In this document: positions 1 to 9,001 of the stretch, in pieces
Layout of the letters: each line of letters opens with the position of its first letter
Numbering within the stretch: position 1 is the stretch's first letter
From: a virus
Lineage: Duplodnaviria > Caudoviricetes
Reading direction: 5' to 3' (one strand)
Virus record (IMG/VR): IMGVR_UViG_3300037462_000913
Coordinates: 1-40,601 of that record
Length of the DNA: 40,601 nucleotides
Program-made: the position numbers and the translations under genes
Notes under the pieces: model-generated
What the model was told of the DNA's origin: nothing
Databases searched by the model: none
What the model saw: only the letters and a program-made list of their open reading frames with translations

Positions 1-198
1 TTACGGGTCCTTCACGGGCGGGTTTAACGGGGCGTTCAAAGGGGGTTCTATGCCCTGCTTCTCAAGCCACTCACGCAGCTCGTCCCAGATCTCGGCCGGG
101 CCGAACTGGCGGTAGCCGAGGACGCCCTCGAGGCGGCGACGGAGGTCTTCGGGGACGGTCTTCGGCCAGACCATCGGCTGGTCATTCGCAGGCGGCAT
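1..198 (-). CDS. hypothetical protein (start uncertain, 198 or 174)
   Basis: 3' part of ORF 1..327 is protein-like; the upstream part overlaps the nuclease gene. Confidence 0.55.
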   Translation of the reverse strand: MPPANDQPMVWPKTVPEDLRRRLEGVLGYRQFGPAEIWDELREWLEKQGIEPPLNAPLNPPVKDP

Positions 199-511
199 AG
201 TGGCCCCCGGAATACTTTGGCCAGTCCTGCGCATGGCCCTGAGAGACGAGCGTGCAGGATGGGTCCGAGCCATCGGGAAGGGTGCAGTGAACGACAGGGC
301 GACCGTATCGGTCGACGTCCAGGACATCGCAGGTCAGCCGGTCGCGGCCGATGATCTGGCGCAGGGCGCGGGTCGCGGCCGGGCCACCGGGTTCATCCCG
401 TTCTGGCGCATCGATCCCCCAGAGCCGGTAGCGCTGGCCGTCAAGCTTCAGCGTGTCGCCATCCACGACCAGAGCACCGGTCAGGGTCAGGATCAGGGAA
501 AGAAGATTCAA
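182..511 (-). CDS. thermonuclease (SNase-like) with N-terminal signal/TM segment
   Basis: VDGDTL, RLWGIDAPE and DRYGR motifs; hydrophobic N-terminus. Confidence 0.88.
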   Translation of the reverse strand: MNLLSLILTLTGALVVDGDTLKLDGQRYRLWGIDAPERDEPGGPAATRALRQIIGRDRLTCDVLDVDRYGRPVVHCTLPDGSDPSCTLVSQGHAQDWPKYSGGHYAACE

Positions 512-774
512 TCGTTCTGGCCGATCAGGTAATCATGCCGGGGCCCAATCTGCATGGTCTTGATCAGGTGGCCGACTGCCTCTTCTGGGCTTGCCCCCTC
601 TTCTTCGATTTCTGGACGACCCTCGCCCAACCTGACGCTAGGAGCATCAAGGTTGCCAATTTGCGCAGTCCAGCTCCCATCATTGTTGCTGAACAGAGCG
701 AACTCGCGGTTCCCTTTCTTCTGGGCGCGGGCATCGTGAATCAGCGAGGCAAGGTCAGTGATTTCTTGGGCCAT
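508..774 (-). CDS. hypothetical protein
   Basis: AGGA RBS, ATGA overlap with the nuclease gene. Confidence 0.7.
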   Translation of the reverse strand: MAQEITDLASLIHDARAQKKGNREFALFSNNDGSWTAQIGNLDAPSVRLGEGRPEIEEEGASPEEAVGHLIKTMQIGPRHDYLIGQND

Positions 775-841
775 GGCAGCGGTCCTTTTGGCAGCGGACG
801 GTCCGGTGAGGATACCGGTTACCGCCCTCCTGCGCCACCCT

Positions 842-1651
842 TCAAACCGGCCAATTCGAGATGATCAGCTCGCCCCGGCTGGCCTCCTCAACCGTCTTCT
901 TCGACCCCACCGAATAGGTCGTCCGGACCTCGGTCAGGTGGAACCGGGCGAAGATCTGGCGGACGTCGGGGTGGTCGTTCAGGGACAGGAGGAACCGGCC
1001 CTTCAGCCGCCCGAGCTGCTCGGCCATGTCCTCGAATCGGGCGCGGGTGAAGAGGCCGGGCCCATAGTCGCCCTCGTTTCCGTAGTAGGGCGGGTCGAGG
1101 TAGAAGAGCGTGCCTGGACGGTCCAGCCGGTCGATGAAGGCGGCATAGTCCAGGTTCATGACGGTGACGCCGGACAGGCGCGTGTGCAGGGCCTCCAGGT
1201 CCGGCTCCAGCGTCGTCAGGTTGAACCTCGCCGGGCGCTCGGTCGCCACGCCAAAGTTGCGCCCGCTGATCTTGCCGCCGAATGCCAGGCGCTGAAGGTA
1301 GAGGAAGCGCGCCGCCCGTTGCAGGTCGGTCAGGGTCTCAGGGGCGACGGCGACCAGGCGGTCGAAGTTGGCCTGGGTCGTGATCTGGAATCGGAGGAGA
1401 TCGAGGAAGGCGACGTAGTGCTCCTGAAGCATCCGGAACAGGGTGTAGACCTCGCGGTGCCGGTCATTGATGAACTCGGCCCGTGGACGTCGTGTCCGCC
1501 GCAGGAAGATGCCGCCCATGCCGACGAAGGGCTCGGCATAGGTGTCGTGGGTGTCGCGGTCGATGATGGCGCAGAGGCGCTTGGCCAGGTTGCGCTTGCC
1601 GCCGAGGTAGGGGGCAATCGGGCGGATCGGGTGAACGTCCAGCTGGGGCAT
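842..1651 (-). CDS. dam: D12-class N6-adenine DNA methyltransferase (Dam-like) at the Mu mom position
   Basis: YLGGK, EPFVGMGG, IND and YLDPPY motifs; AAGGA RBS before ATG 1651. Confidence 0.92.
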   Translation of the reverse strand: MPQLDVHPIRPIAPYLGGKRNLAKRLCAIIDRDTHDTYAEPFVGMGGIFLRRTRRPRAEFINDRHREVYTLFRMLQEHYVAFLDLLRFQITTQANFDRLVAVAPETLTDLQRAARFLYLQRLAFGGKISGRNFGVATERPARFNLTTLEPDLEALHTRLSGVTVMNLDYAAFIDRLDRPGTLFYLDPPYYGNEGDYGPGLFTRARFEDMAEQLGRLKGRFLLSLNDHPDVRQIFARFHLTEVRTTYSVGSKKTVEEASRGELIISNWPV

Positions 1652-1753
1652 TTGGCACGATTCCTTAACGGTTCTGCCCGACCTTCCGGGGTGCGGGCGC
1701 GGCCATAAGGTTCGTCTGGTCGGCGGGGCCTTGGTGATGCGGGACCCCGTTTT

Positions 1754-1777
1754 GAAGGGGTGCTTCAACACCCCTTC
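1754..1777. promoter_or_regulatory. 9-bp perfect inverted repeat upstream of dam
   Basis: GAAGGGGTG-cttcaa-CACCCCTTC. Confidence 0.55.
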
Positions 1778-1795
1778 GAACGCCCGTGCGGGACG

Positions 1796-2152
1796 TCAGA
1801 AGTTGTCGACGATGGCGATCTTTTCGTAGCCGTCGGAAGGCATGCTTTCGGAGACGCCGGGGGACCAGGTGATGTGAAAGAGGCACAGCGCGCTTTTCCG
1901 TTCCACCGCCGTGTCGGTCGGCCCCCAGGCGTAGAAGGCGACGCCGTCGGCAGGCGTCAGCACCTCCTGGACCCCGTTCACGATATAGGTGCCGTCGGCG
2001 ATCTGGGCGGGCTGGTTGTCGATGAAGACCGCGCCGGTCGCTGCATCCCGTGCGCTGAAGGTCACGCCCGTCGCCTCGACCAGGCTGAAGCCAAAGTCAT
2101 AGGCCAGCCAGGGACGGCGGTTGCCGGCGCGGATGGTGAAGATCTTGCTCAT
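1796..2152 (-). CDS. BppU N-terminal-like virion protein
   Basis: IRAGNRRP...Y.W...DT...F.ITW..G..E.MPSDGY pattern; true start is ATG 2152, coupled to the upstream stop. Confidence 0.65.
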   Translation of the reverse strand: MSKIFTIRAGNRRPWLAYDFGFSLVEATGVTFSARDAATGAVFIDNQPAQIADGTYIVNGVQEVLTPADGVAFYAWGPTDTAVERKSALCLFHITWSPGVSESMPSDGYEKIAIVDNF

Positions 2153-2823
2153 GCGTTCAGCTCCAGGAGCTTGCCCCTGCGGGCGGAGTTCAAAAGGGTG
2201 CCGCGTCGGGTGGCATCGGTCCGAAGCCTGCCCGCACGGGGCCGGTCCGAGGCGAAGGCCAGCCGCCCGGTCGAATAGTCCACAGGCACGCTGCCCAGGG
2301 CCGTGGCAGTACCGCTTAGCGGCAGAACCCCCGCCGCTTCGGCACGGGCCAGCGCCGCGCCCTCGGCCGTGCCTCCCAGGGGCAGCTCGCCAAAGGCCGA
2401 AGCCCTGGCCAGCGCCTGGGCCTGGGAACTTCCGCCCAGGGGCAGGGTGCCCGATGCCATGGCCGAAGCACGCGCAACCGCAGATGCCGTCCCGGTTAGC
2501 GGCAGAATGCCCGAGGCCTGGGCCGTGGCCAGCACCCGCCCGGTCGCGCTGCCTGACAGGGGCAAGGTCCCCGCTGCCTGCCCGGTCGCCCGTGCTGCAC
2601 CGGTGGCAGAACCGCCCAGTGGCAAGGTGCCGGATGCCTGGCCCTTGGCCTGCGCCCGCGCCTCGGCCGAGCCTGTCAGGGGCAGCACACCAGCCCCGGT
2701 CAGGACGGCCCCGGTGGGAGCCGCGCCGAAGAAGGCGTTCCGCGCGATCAGGCCAGCGACCGACGGCTCGGCAAAGAGCGCCGGGTCGATCGACAGGTCC
2801 GGATGCAGGCGAAGGAGCGTCAT
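2149..2823 (-). CDS. Ala/Gly-rich repeat virion protein (fibre-like)
   Basis: Seven 20-aa repeats of G(T/V)LPLxG(S/T)A. Confidence 0.7.
   Translation of the reverse strand: MTLLRLHPDLSIDPALFAEPSVAGLIARNAFFGAAPTGAVLTGAGVLPLTGSAEARAQAKGQASGTLPLGGSATGAARATGQAAGTLPLSGSATGRVLATAQASGILPLTGTASAVARASAMASGTLPLGGSSQAQALARASAFGELPLGGTAEGAALARAEAAGVLPLSGTATALGSVPVDYSTGRLAFASDRPRAGRLRTDATRRGTLLNSARRGKLLELNA
2296..2693 (-). repeat. degenerate 60-bp tandem coding repeat, 7 copies
   Basis: GxLPLxG recurs every 20 aa; ggcag/ggcaag recurs every 60 bp. Confidence 0.85.
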
Positions 2824-2826
2824 GAC

Positions 2827-3660
2827 CTACCCGTGCGAGATCTTGCCCTGGCCAGCAACAGCCCCGGTGCTGGTCGTTGCGCACAGGATCGCGATCATCA
2901 GGCAACTGTCGTTCTGGATCTCTGGCGCGCCGTCCTGCCAGGTCAGCGTGACCGGGTTGTTGGCCAGACCGAAGGCCTTGGCCGTGCGCTGCCGGGTGCA
3001 AGTGAAACCGAAGTTCCCCGCCGTCCCGGTCGAGGCGCTGAGCGTGACGCTGTTGATCGCCCCGATCTTGCGCCCCTGTTTTGCCGTCGGGATAAACGGG
3101 ATCAGCGGGATGAACCGCCCGGCCCGCAAGCTGCCGCCGACCGCGACCACGTTCAGGTTGCCTGTCGTGGCGTCGTCATAGGTGACGGCAATCGTCGCGT
3201 TCGAGGCCGTCGCACCCCCGTCGGTGTAGACCTCCAGAAACCATTGCAGGTCGCTGAAGTCGGCCGCGCCGCGACGTTCGGCCGGAAGACCAATCGTGTT
3301 CAGGTCAAGCCCGGTAATGTTCTGGGCGGTTGTCACGTTCAGGACCAGACCGCCCATGTGGGCGACCCGGTCGTGGATCTCGAACCCGCCGCCCGTGTTG
3401 CCAGAGTTCAGCACTATCCACGGCAGATAGGATGTGGCAGGCGAGGTCTGGCTGGCGAAGTCGATGGCTCCCAGTGTCGCCTCGGTCGGGACTTCCGGCG
3501 TCGTTCCGGGGATGGCCGCTTGCGCAGGCTGGCCCGCTGCGCGCCACATGCTGGCCAGCTGCCCGGCGGTCTGGTTCGCGATGCTGGTCTTGTTCACCAC
3601 GAAGCGGGAACTGTTGTTGGCCATGGCATTGAAAAGTGCGTCGAGCGTGCTGATCGTCAT
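2827..3660 (-). CDS. putative virion accessory structural protein
   Basis: Thr/Ala/Gly-rich beta protein in the distal tail module; GGAGG RBS. Confidence 0.65.
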   Translation of the reverse strand: MTISTLDALFNAMANNSSRFVVNKTSIANQTAGQLASMWRAAGQPAQAAIPGTTPEVPTEATLGAIDFASQTSPATSYLPWIVLNSGNTGGGFEIHDRVAHMGGLVLNVTTAQNITGLDLNTIGLPAERRGAADFSDLQWFLEVYTDGGATASNATIAVTYDDATTGNLNVVAVGGSLRAGRFIPLIPFIPTAKQGRKIGAINSVTLSASTGTAGNFGFTCTRQRTAKAFGLANNPVTLTWQDGAPEIQNDSCLMIAILCATTSTGAVAGQGKISHG

Positions 3661-3830
3661 GCCGCTGCCTCCAGGTATTTCGGATCAAAGCCGCCCGCGT
3701 CATCGGGCAGGATGCAGACGATCTGGCCGTCGGGATGGGTCACGATCTCGATGATCTCGTAGACTGCGGGAAAGCTTTCGGTGAAGGGGTCCAGCACGCG
3801 CACCTTCTGGCCGACAGACGGGATCAGCAT
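3657..3830 (-). CDS. 57-aa hypothetical protein (below the ORF-track cutoff)
   Basis: MLIPSVGQKVRVLDPFTESFPAVYEIIEIVTHPDGQIVCILPDDAGGFDPKYLEAAA; fills the gap with TGATG/ATGA overlaps. Confidence 0.75.
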   Translation of the reverse strand: MLIPSVGQKVRVLDPFTESFPAVYEIIEIVTHPDGQIVCILPDDAGGFDPKYLEAAA

Positions 3831-4231
3831 CACGCACCCCCTGCGGTCAGGGTGAAGGCCGTGACGCTGACCTGTTGGCCAAGGGCAAGGACGGGGTTGT
3901 CGATCGTCATGTCGCCCCCGCCGCCGGTCGCGGTCACGGTGCCCTGGACGTGACAGGTAGCACCCTGCTTGATCCGGAAGTGTGCGGCGGTCCCGGCGGC
4001 GTCGGCGGCCATGTCCTGCCAGGTGCCCGACAGGGCCTTGGACCCGCCCGAGGCCGCAGCCATGAAATCGGCAGGCAGGGCCATCGAGGCGAGGAGCGTG
4101 CCCGTGTCGGCAGCCGCGCAGCTGGCGGGCGGAGCGCCGGTGCGCAGCTCCAGCACGGGCGAGGCCCCGATCGCGGTTTCCATCGCGTCGAGGGCGGCGT
4201 TTCGAACAGCGGTTGAGAACTGGAAGGCCAT
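3830..4231 (-). CDS. virion structural protein
   Basis: MAFQFSTAVRNAALD...GTAAHFRI...QGTV type of phage structural protein; AGGA RBS before ATG 4231. Confidence 0.7.
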   Translation of the reverse strand: MAFQFSTAVRNAALDAMETAIGASPVLELRTGAPPASCAAADTGTLLASMALPADFMAAASGGSKALSGTWQDMAADAAGTAAHFRIKQGATCHVQGTVTATGGGGDMTIDNPVLALGQQVSVTAFTLTAGGA

Positions 4232-4233
4232 GG

Positions 4234-4845
4234 TCAGAGGTCCTGTTGCAAAAGGCGGCTCAGCGCCTGGGTGAAGGTGTCCTGGATGGTGAAAAGCTCG
4301 TCCTGGTCGCGAGCCAGGGCGACGGCGTTCAGGGCGATTTGGCGGGGCCGTTCCGTGGCCGCACCGATGGATTTGAAGGCCCCGCTCAGATGCAGCCAGA
4401 TTTGCGCCAGCTGCCAAGGCGTCGGGGCGGTCACGCCGATCTCGTTCGCGATCAGGGGATAGTCGGCCAGGTCTTTCGGTTCACCCGACTCTTCGGCCTC
4501 ACGCACGTAGGCCAGCGCCTCGGCCCGCTTTTCCAGATAGAGCGCATCCTGCCCGGTGATGTCGGTATAGAACCGGCGGCGGAAGGCATCGGTCGCGGCG
4601 TTGATCCGGTCCACTGCATCCAAGCGCGCGCGGGCCAACTGCGCCGCAGCGAAGGCTTCCGGGTCCGGCGTCGGGTCCGGCGTCAGGTCGACGCGCTCTA
4701 CCCAGACACCATCCTGCCAGCGCAAGCGCGGCAGATCGGCAGTGGTGAACGGCGCGGTCAGGGGCACGGCACCCTCGGGCAGTGTGCGGCGGATGCCGCC
4801 TCCGGTCGGAATGCCGTCCGGCCCGATGATGGCGAAGGCAATCAT
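4234..4845 (-). CDS. putative tail fibre assembly/chaperone protein
   Basis: ATG 4845 overlaps the tail-tip stop; Q.ALY.EK..EA...YPLIA.EIG pattern typical of post-fibre genes. Confidence 0.6.
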   Translation of the reverse strand: MIAFAIIGPDGIPTGGGIRRTLPEGAVPLTAPFTTADLPRLRWQDGVWVERVDLTPDPTPDPEAFAAAQLARARLDAVDRINAATDAFRRRFYTDITGQDALYLEKRAEALAYVREAEESGEPKDLADYPLIANEIGVTAPTPWQLAQIWLHLSGAFKSIGAATERPRQIALNAVALARDQDELFTIQDTFTQALSRLLQQDL

Positions 4846-7181
4846 TTGGTCACCCGAGCGACGGTCAGATAGATGTTGCGCAGCCACTGGTATGATCCCG
4901 CGCCCGATGTCGGGCGGGTGATCACGATCAGGCGGTACTCGAAATCCTGATAGGTCCCGCGCACACCTCCCTCGCCTGTGCGCTGGTCCCATACATCGTC
5001 TGAACCAGCGATCGAGCCCGCCTTTTGCCAGACGGACACCTGCTCCCATGCCGTGAAGGCCCGGCCCAGCTCGCGGAACCGGCGCTGCAACTCGATCCGG
5101 TAATCGTCGGTCACAAAGGTCGCCAGGCGCGCCTCGAACTGGATGCCCCGGTTCCAGATCAGCCCCGGCCCGACAGCCCCCATGTCCAGCGTGGCAACGA
5201 CCGTGCCGTTTGGCGTGGAATCCCGGGTGAAAGGGCCAAGGGCGATGGTCTGGAACTGTTCGGTCACCGCGAGATCCGCGATGTCCGGCGCGGTGATCAG
5301 CGCGGCGGGCGTGGTCGCGGCGGTCCAGGCGGTCCAGTCGGTCGGGCGGTCGCAGACGGGCTTTGTGCGGGTCTGATAGGCGGTCGATGCGACCAGGCCA
5401 TCGCTGACCACCAGCTTGCCCGCGGCGACATTGTCGGTCGACCCGCTGCTGACGACGACGCCGGTCGCGGTCAGCCGGGTTTCATACATCACCGCCCGGA
5501 CGTCCGGCAGGTCAGGCTCCCAGGTCAGCTCCAGCCCTGGGCGGCGCGGGGCCGAGGCAGCGTCCGTGATCGAAACGCCGGTGACCGCAAACCCCTCCAG
5601 CAACTGAGGCGGCGGCTGCACCACAGCGCGCGAGGCAAACGCCGGCGGCGTGGGGGCCGAGCTCACATAGTCGGCGGGGTCACGCTCGCGCAGCGCAATC
5701 GTCTGCTGGACGGTGAAGACCTGATCGACGACTTCGCCCACTTCGAAGACCTTGGCGCTGTAGCCGTTCGCGGAACTGGTCCAGGCGATGGCATCCAGGG
5801 GTTCCAGGATCGCCGCGTCGGGCGGCAGGGTGTGGCCGTGGCGCAGAAAGCGGCGTTCCTCGCGGATCATCGCTTCCATCAGGCGGCGCACTTGCGCGCC
5901 GTAGGGCACCGTCGGAAAGGCAAGGTCGGCCACCAGGCGCTGGCCCTGGTCCTCTGCCTCCCAGGTCGCGTTGTACAGCGGCGGGGCTTCCTTCGGTTCC
6001 CACAGCATGCCGGGTTCGGGGTAGCTCGCGGTGACCCCGTTGAAGCTGGAGGTGAAGCCGGGGAAGGGTGTCAGGTCGCGCGCCTCGGTCGTCAGGATGT
6101 CGCCGTCGGTGATCGACAGGACCGACAAGCCCGGCCCGCCCACGCGGATCTTCCAGATGCCGCCGACTTCTGCGATCTGTCCGGAACAGGCCTTCAGAAG
6201 CTCGGCGATGATGTCGGCGGGTTCGTCGTCGACCGACACCTCGAAGCCCGCGCGGTACTGCCGTTCCGTCCCGCCCGCGCCGTTGTCGACCAGCACGTCG
6301 CAGGCGTTCATCGCAGCGAACCAGCTGGCCAGCGGCAAGTCCTCGGCCGGGATGCCGCCGCCCCAGACAAAGCCCTCAGGCGTCTCGATTCCGCGCAGGA
6401 TGTTGTAGATCGCGACGACCGGGTTCGTCGTCGGTTCCCAGGTCGCCTTGTTGGCCCAGCGGTGCGCGCCCGAGCCTCCGACTGTCGTGTCCTTGCGCGG
6501 GTCATATAGCGGAATGCCCACGACCTCGAACAGGACCGTCGGGAAGGCGTTGTACTTCTCGCGGTTGAAAAGGAAGGTCACGATGGCGTAGCACAGCCCC
6601 GTGCCCACCATGTCGGCCGACCAGGGCCGTTCCGGATAGCTGCCGTACTTGGCCAGCAGCATCGGGTCGGCCACGGTTTGGCTGCCGTTGTAGTATTTCA
6701 CCCAGGCATGTCCGGTGTAGATGCCGGAGTTCACGGTCGGGCCATAGTCCGGGTGCGCACCGCCCAGGGTCACCCGCTCGCCGTTGATGATGACGCCCGA
6801 CAGCGCCTGTCCGGGGATGAAGCCCAGCTCGATCACTTCGGTCAGATAGGCGTTCGGCGTCTTGCCTGCCGTGCCATGGCTCATCGGTGGGTTGTTGCGC
6901 TTGCCTGCGGTGGCATAGCTCATCAGCACGAAAGAGCAGGGGTTGATCCCGCCATTCTGTGCGACCTCGGTCCGGATGCCGGGGGTCTTGGGCTTCGGCG
7001 CCAGGGCCTGCATCAAGGCTGAGGCCGCGACCGAAATCAGGATGCGACCGATCACCTGGGCGATGATCGAGCCAGAGGTGAAGAAGGCCCCGATGGCGGC
7101 AAAGACCGCCCCAGCCTGGGCGGGCCGGGCAGACAGGGACAGGTTCAGGACGACCAGAAGGGCGAAGACCAGGCCGCGCAT
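4842..7181 (-). CDS. tail tip / host-specificity protein (J-like)
   Basis: YDPRKD...G.HR.....WE.T.NP motif, Phage-tail_3-like core, variable C-terminus. Confidence 0.88.
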   Translation of the reverse strand: MRGLVFALLVVLNLSLSARPAQAGAVFAAIGAFFTSGSIIAQVIGRILISVAASALMQALAPKPKTPGIRTEVAQNGGINPCSFVLMSYATAGKRNNPPMSHGTAGKTPNAYLTEVIELGFIPGQALSGVIINGERVTLGGAHPDYGPTVNSGIYTGHAWVKYYNGSQTVADPMLLAKYGSYPERPWSADMVGTGLCYAIVTFLFNREKYNAFPTVLFEVVGIPLYDPRKDTTVGGSGAHRWANKATWEPTTNPVVAIYNILRGIETPEGFVWGGGIPAEDLPLASWFAAMNACDVLVDNGAGGTERQYRAGFEVSVDDEPADIIAELLKACSGQIAEVGGIWKIRVGGPGLSVLSITDGDILTTEARDLTPFPGFTSSFNGVTASYPEPGMLWEPKEAPPLYNATWEAEDQGQRLVADLAFPTVPYGAQVRRLMEAMIREERRFLRHGHTLPPDAAILEPLDAIAWTSSANGYSAKVFEVGEVVDQVFTVQQTIALRERDPADYVSSAPTPPAFASRAVVQPPPQLLEGFAVTGVSITDAASAPRRPGLELTWEPDLPDVRAVMYETRLTATGVVVSSGSTDNVAAGKLVVSDGLVASTAYQTRTKPVCDRPTDWTAWTAATTPAALITAPDIADLAVTEQFQTIALGPFTRDSTPNGTVVATLDMGAVGPGLIWNRGIQFEARLATFVTDDYRIELQRRFRELGRAFTAWEQVSVWQKAGSIAGSDDVWDQRTGEGGVRGTYQDFEYRLIVITRPTSGAGSYQWLRNIYLTVARVTK

Positions 7182-7594
7182 CACGGCACACTCCAGGTCG
7201 CCACTGCCGCCGCTCGGGGCAGATGGCCCAGACCGGCGGGCGAAAGGCAGGCCAGGGTTTCACCGGCGACGATCCCAAGGGCCATGCCATCCGGCACTTC
7301 GATCAGCGCCAGATCGCCCACCTGGGCCATGGCAGGGTGAATGCGCTGAAACAGCTTGTCCGCGATCTCGATGTGGCTTTCAAAGCCAGCCGCCCTCAGT
7401 CGCTTCAAGCCGGATTTAAGGTCGGTGTAGGTACCGCGGAACGGCGCGGCAGGGTCGTATCCAGTCATCGCCCGGACCGCTCCGGCGGCGAACAGCGCGC
7501 AGTCCTGGCTACCCATACGGAACGCGACGGGCGTGATCTCGGCAAGGTACGCGCTAAGCCTTGGATTCCAGTCGGGCAAACGGTGCGGGGTCAT
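7181..7594 (-). CDS. NlpC/P60-like tail assembly protein (DUF6950-like)
   Basis: RLPDW..RL, F..G..DCALFAA, AQVGDLA. Confidence 0.82.
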   Translation of the reverse strand: MTPHRLPDWNPRLSAYLAEITPVAFRMGSQDCALFAAGAVRAMTGYDPAAPFRGTYTDLKSGLKRLRAAGFESHIEIADKLFQRIHPAMAQVGDLALIEVPDGMALGIVAGETLACLSPAGLGHLPRAAAVATWSVP

Positions 7595-7597
7595 CCT

Positions 7598-8341
7598 CTA
7601 CCTCCGCAACAGACCGCCAAGCCCACCGGCTGGCAGGGTTGGGGGCTGCGGGGCAGGGGCTGGCTGCGGCGGCGGGGCAATACCGCCCGGCAGCGCCAGG
7701 ATCGGCCCGAGGAGGCCGCCGCCGCCGCTGCCGCCGCCACCGCCCTTCATCTCGCCCCACCAGACGTCGACCTTCCCGGAAACATCGGCATACTTCCGGA
7801 ACCGGTCGCCGCCGCGCAGCTGCTGGGTCGCGTCCGAGGCTTTCAAGGTCAGCGTCCGGGTCAGCAGCCGCGCGGACGAGGCAGCGACGACCTCGCAGGT
7901 CGCCTCTCCCGGCGTGCCGGTTTCCTTGACCTCGACCTCGTCGACAAAGCCCTTCCACAGCCGGTGCGGCTCGGCGACCAGCGACCCGTCCAGGGGCGAA
8001 AACAGCGCGCGGTGGATCTCGATCGGGGCAAAGCGGCTGTCGTAGGTCCGGATCAGGTCGGCCACGACGGTCGAGATCGGCGACAGGACCATCCGCTGCA
8101 TCCGGACGCCGAGGCCGCTTTGATATTTGATCGGCGGGATTTCCATGATCCCGCCTGCCCCGGCATAGGCGCGCGTCCCGCCGTTGATCGTGAAGTCACG
8201 GTCGTAGGCCCCTGTCCAAAGGCCCAGCGTCTCGGGGTCGCCGGTCGTGCGGTTGCGCGCCGCGACCCAGATCAGGATGCGGACGACGACGGCGGACCGG
8301 GTCTGAAGCGCGGCAAGCGTGGGGGCGTCATAGCTGCGCAT
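7598..8341 (-). CDS. minor tail protein (gpL-like) with Gly/Pro-rich C-terminal extension
   Basis: Position; SDATQQLR.GDRF.KY and WWG motifs. Confidence 0.75.
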   Translation of the reverse strand: MRSYDAPTLAALQTRSAVVVRILIWVAARNRTTGDPETLGLWTGAYDRDFTINGGTRAYAGAGGIMEIPPIKYQSGLGVRMQRMVLSPISTVVADLIRTYDSRFAPIEIHRALFSPLDGSLVAEPHRLWKGFVDEVEVKETGTPGEATCEVVAASSARLLTRTLTLKASDATQQLRGGDRFRKYADVSGKVDVWWGEMKGGGGGSGGGGLLGPILALPGGIAPPPQPAPAPQPPTLPAGGLGGLLRR

Positions 8342-8344
8342 CGG

Positions 8345-9001
8345 TTACCTCAGCGTCTGGACCCAGTCGAAGGACATTCCTTCGGACAGGGTGCTGAAGC
8401 GGACGGCTTCCTCGATCGATCCGGGCATGGCGACGGCCTTGCAGTAGGCTTTCTTCAGCTGAACGCTGGCCCCCGCCACGGCACCGGGGCGGATCGCGGG
8501 GATCACCTCGAACAAGGGGGTCTGTCCTGCGCCGCTCGCGGTCACGGTCGTCGTCACGATCCGGTGCAGGGCTTGCAGACCCGATCCATAGGCAAAGGAC
8601 AGATGGTCCCCGGCCGACAGCACGTAACCCGCAGGCAGGCCCGCCAGCGACAGCTCTCGCGCGTCCCCACCAAGCGCCAGGATCGTCACGGCCGAGGCCC
8701 CAAGGATCGCGCCCTGCGGGTCGAGGCGCGGGTTCGTCCGGTGCCGGTCATAGATCAGGAAACTGTGCTGCGCCCCGCCTCGCACAAGCTCGATCAGCAC
8801 TTCCGGCCGCCCAGCCTCGGCGCGGGTCAATCGGCCCAGCGTCATCCGGCCCTGCCAGAGGCGCTCGCCCACGTCGGCGGTCAGGACCTCGCCCTTGCCG
8901 TTGCGCGACATCACGACCTGCTCCGGCAGGTGGAACGACAGGCTGGAGATCGGCAGGATGTCGGCGAAATCTGCCAGGGCCAGGGGATAGGTCAGGGGCA
9001 T
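8345..9001 (-). CDS. distal tail (Dit-like) protein
   Basis: Immediately follows the tape measure gene with TGATG overlap. Confidence 0.7.
   Translation of the reverse strand: MPLTYPLALADFADILPISSLSFHLPEQVVMSRNGKGEVLTADVGERLWQGRMTLGRLTRAEAGRPEVLIELVRGGAQHSFLIYDRHRTNPRLDPQGAILGASAVTILALGGDARELSLAGLPAGYVLSAGDHLSFAYGSGLQALHRIVTTTVTASGAGQTPLFEVIPAIRPGAVAGASVQLKKAYCKAVAMPGSIEEAVRFSTLSEGMSFDWVQTLR

Noticed and set aside
11-50. Phased ttcac/tttaac/ttcaa motifs at the left edge (also 12827-12866) as possible transposase end sites
   Set aside because: They lie inside coding sequence, have no matching set at the right edge, and no TG...CA termini are visible
2296-2693. Regular 60-bp periodicity as a possible CRISPR array or DGR template
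   Set aside because: Degenerate in-frame coding repeats; no cas or reverse transcriptase gene seen
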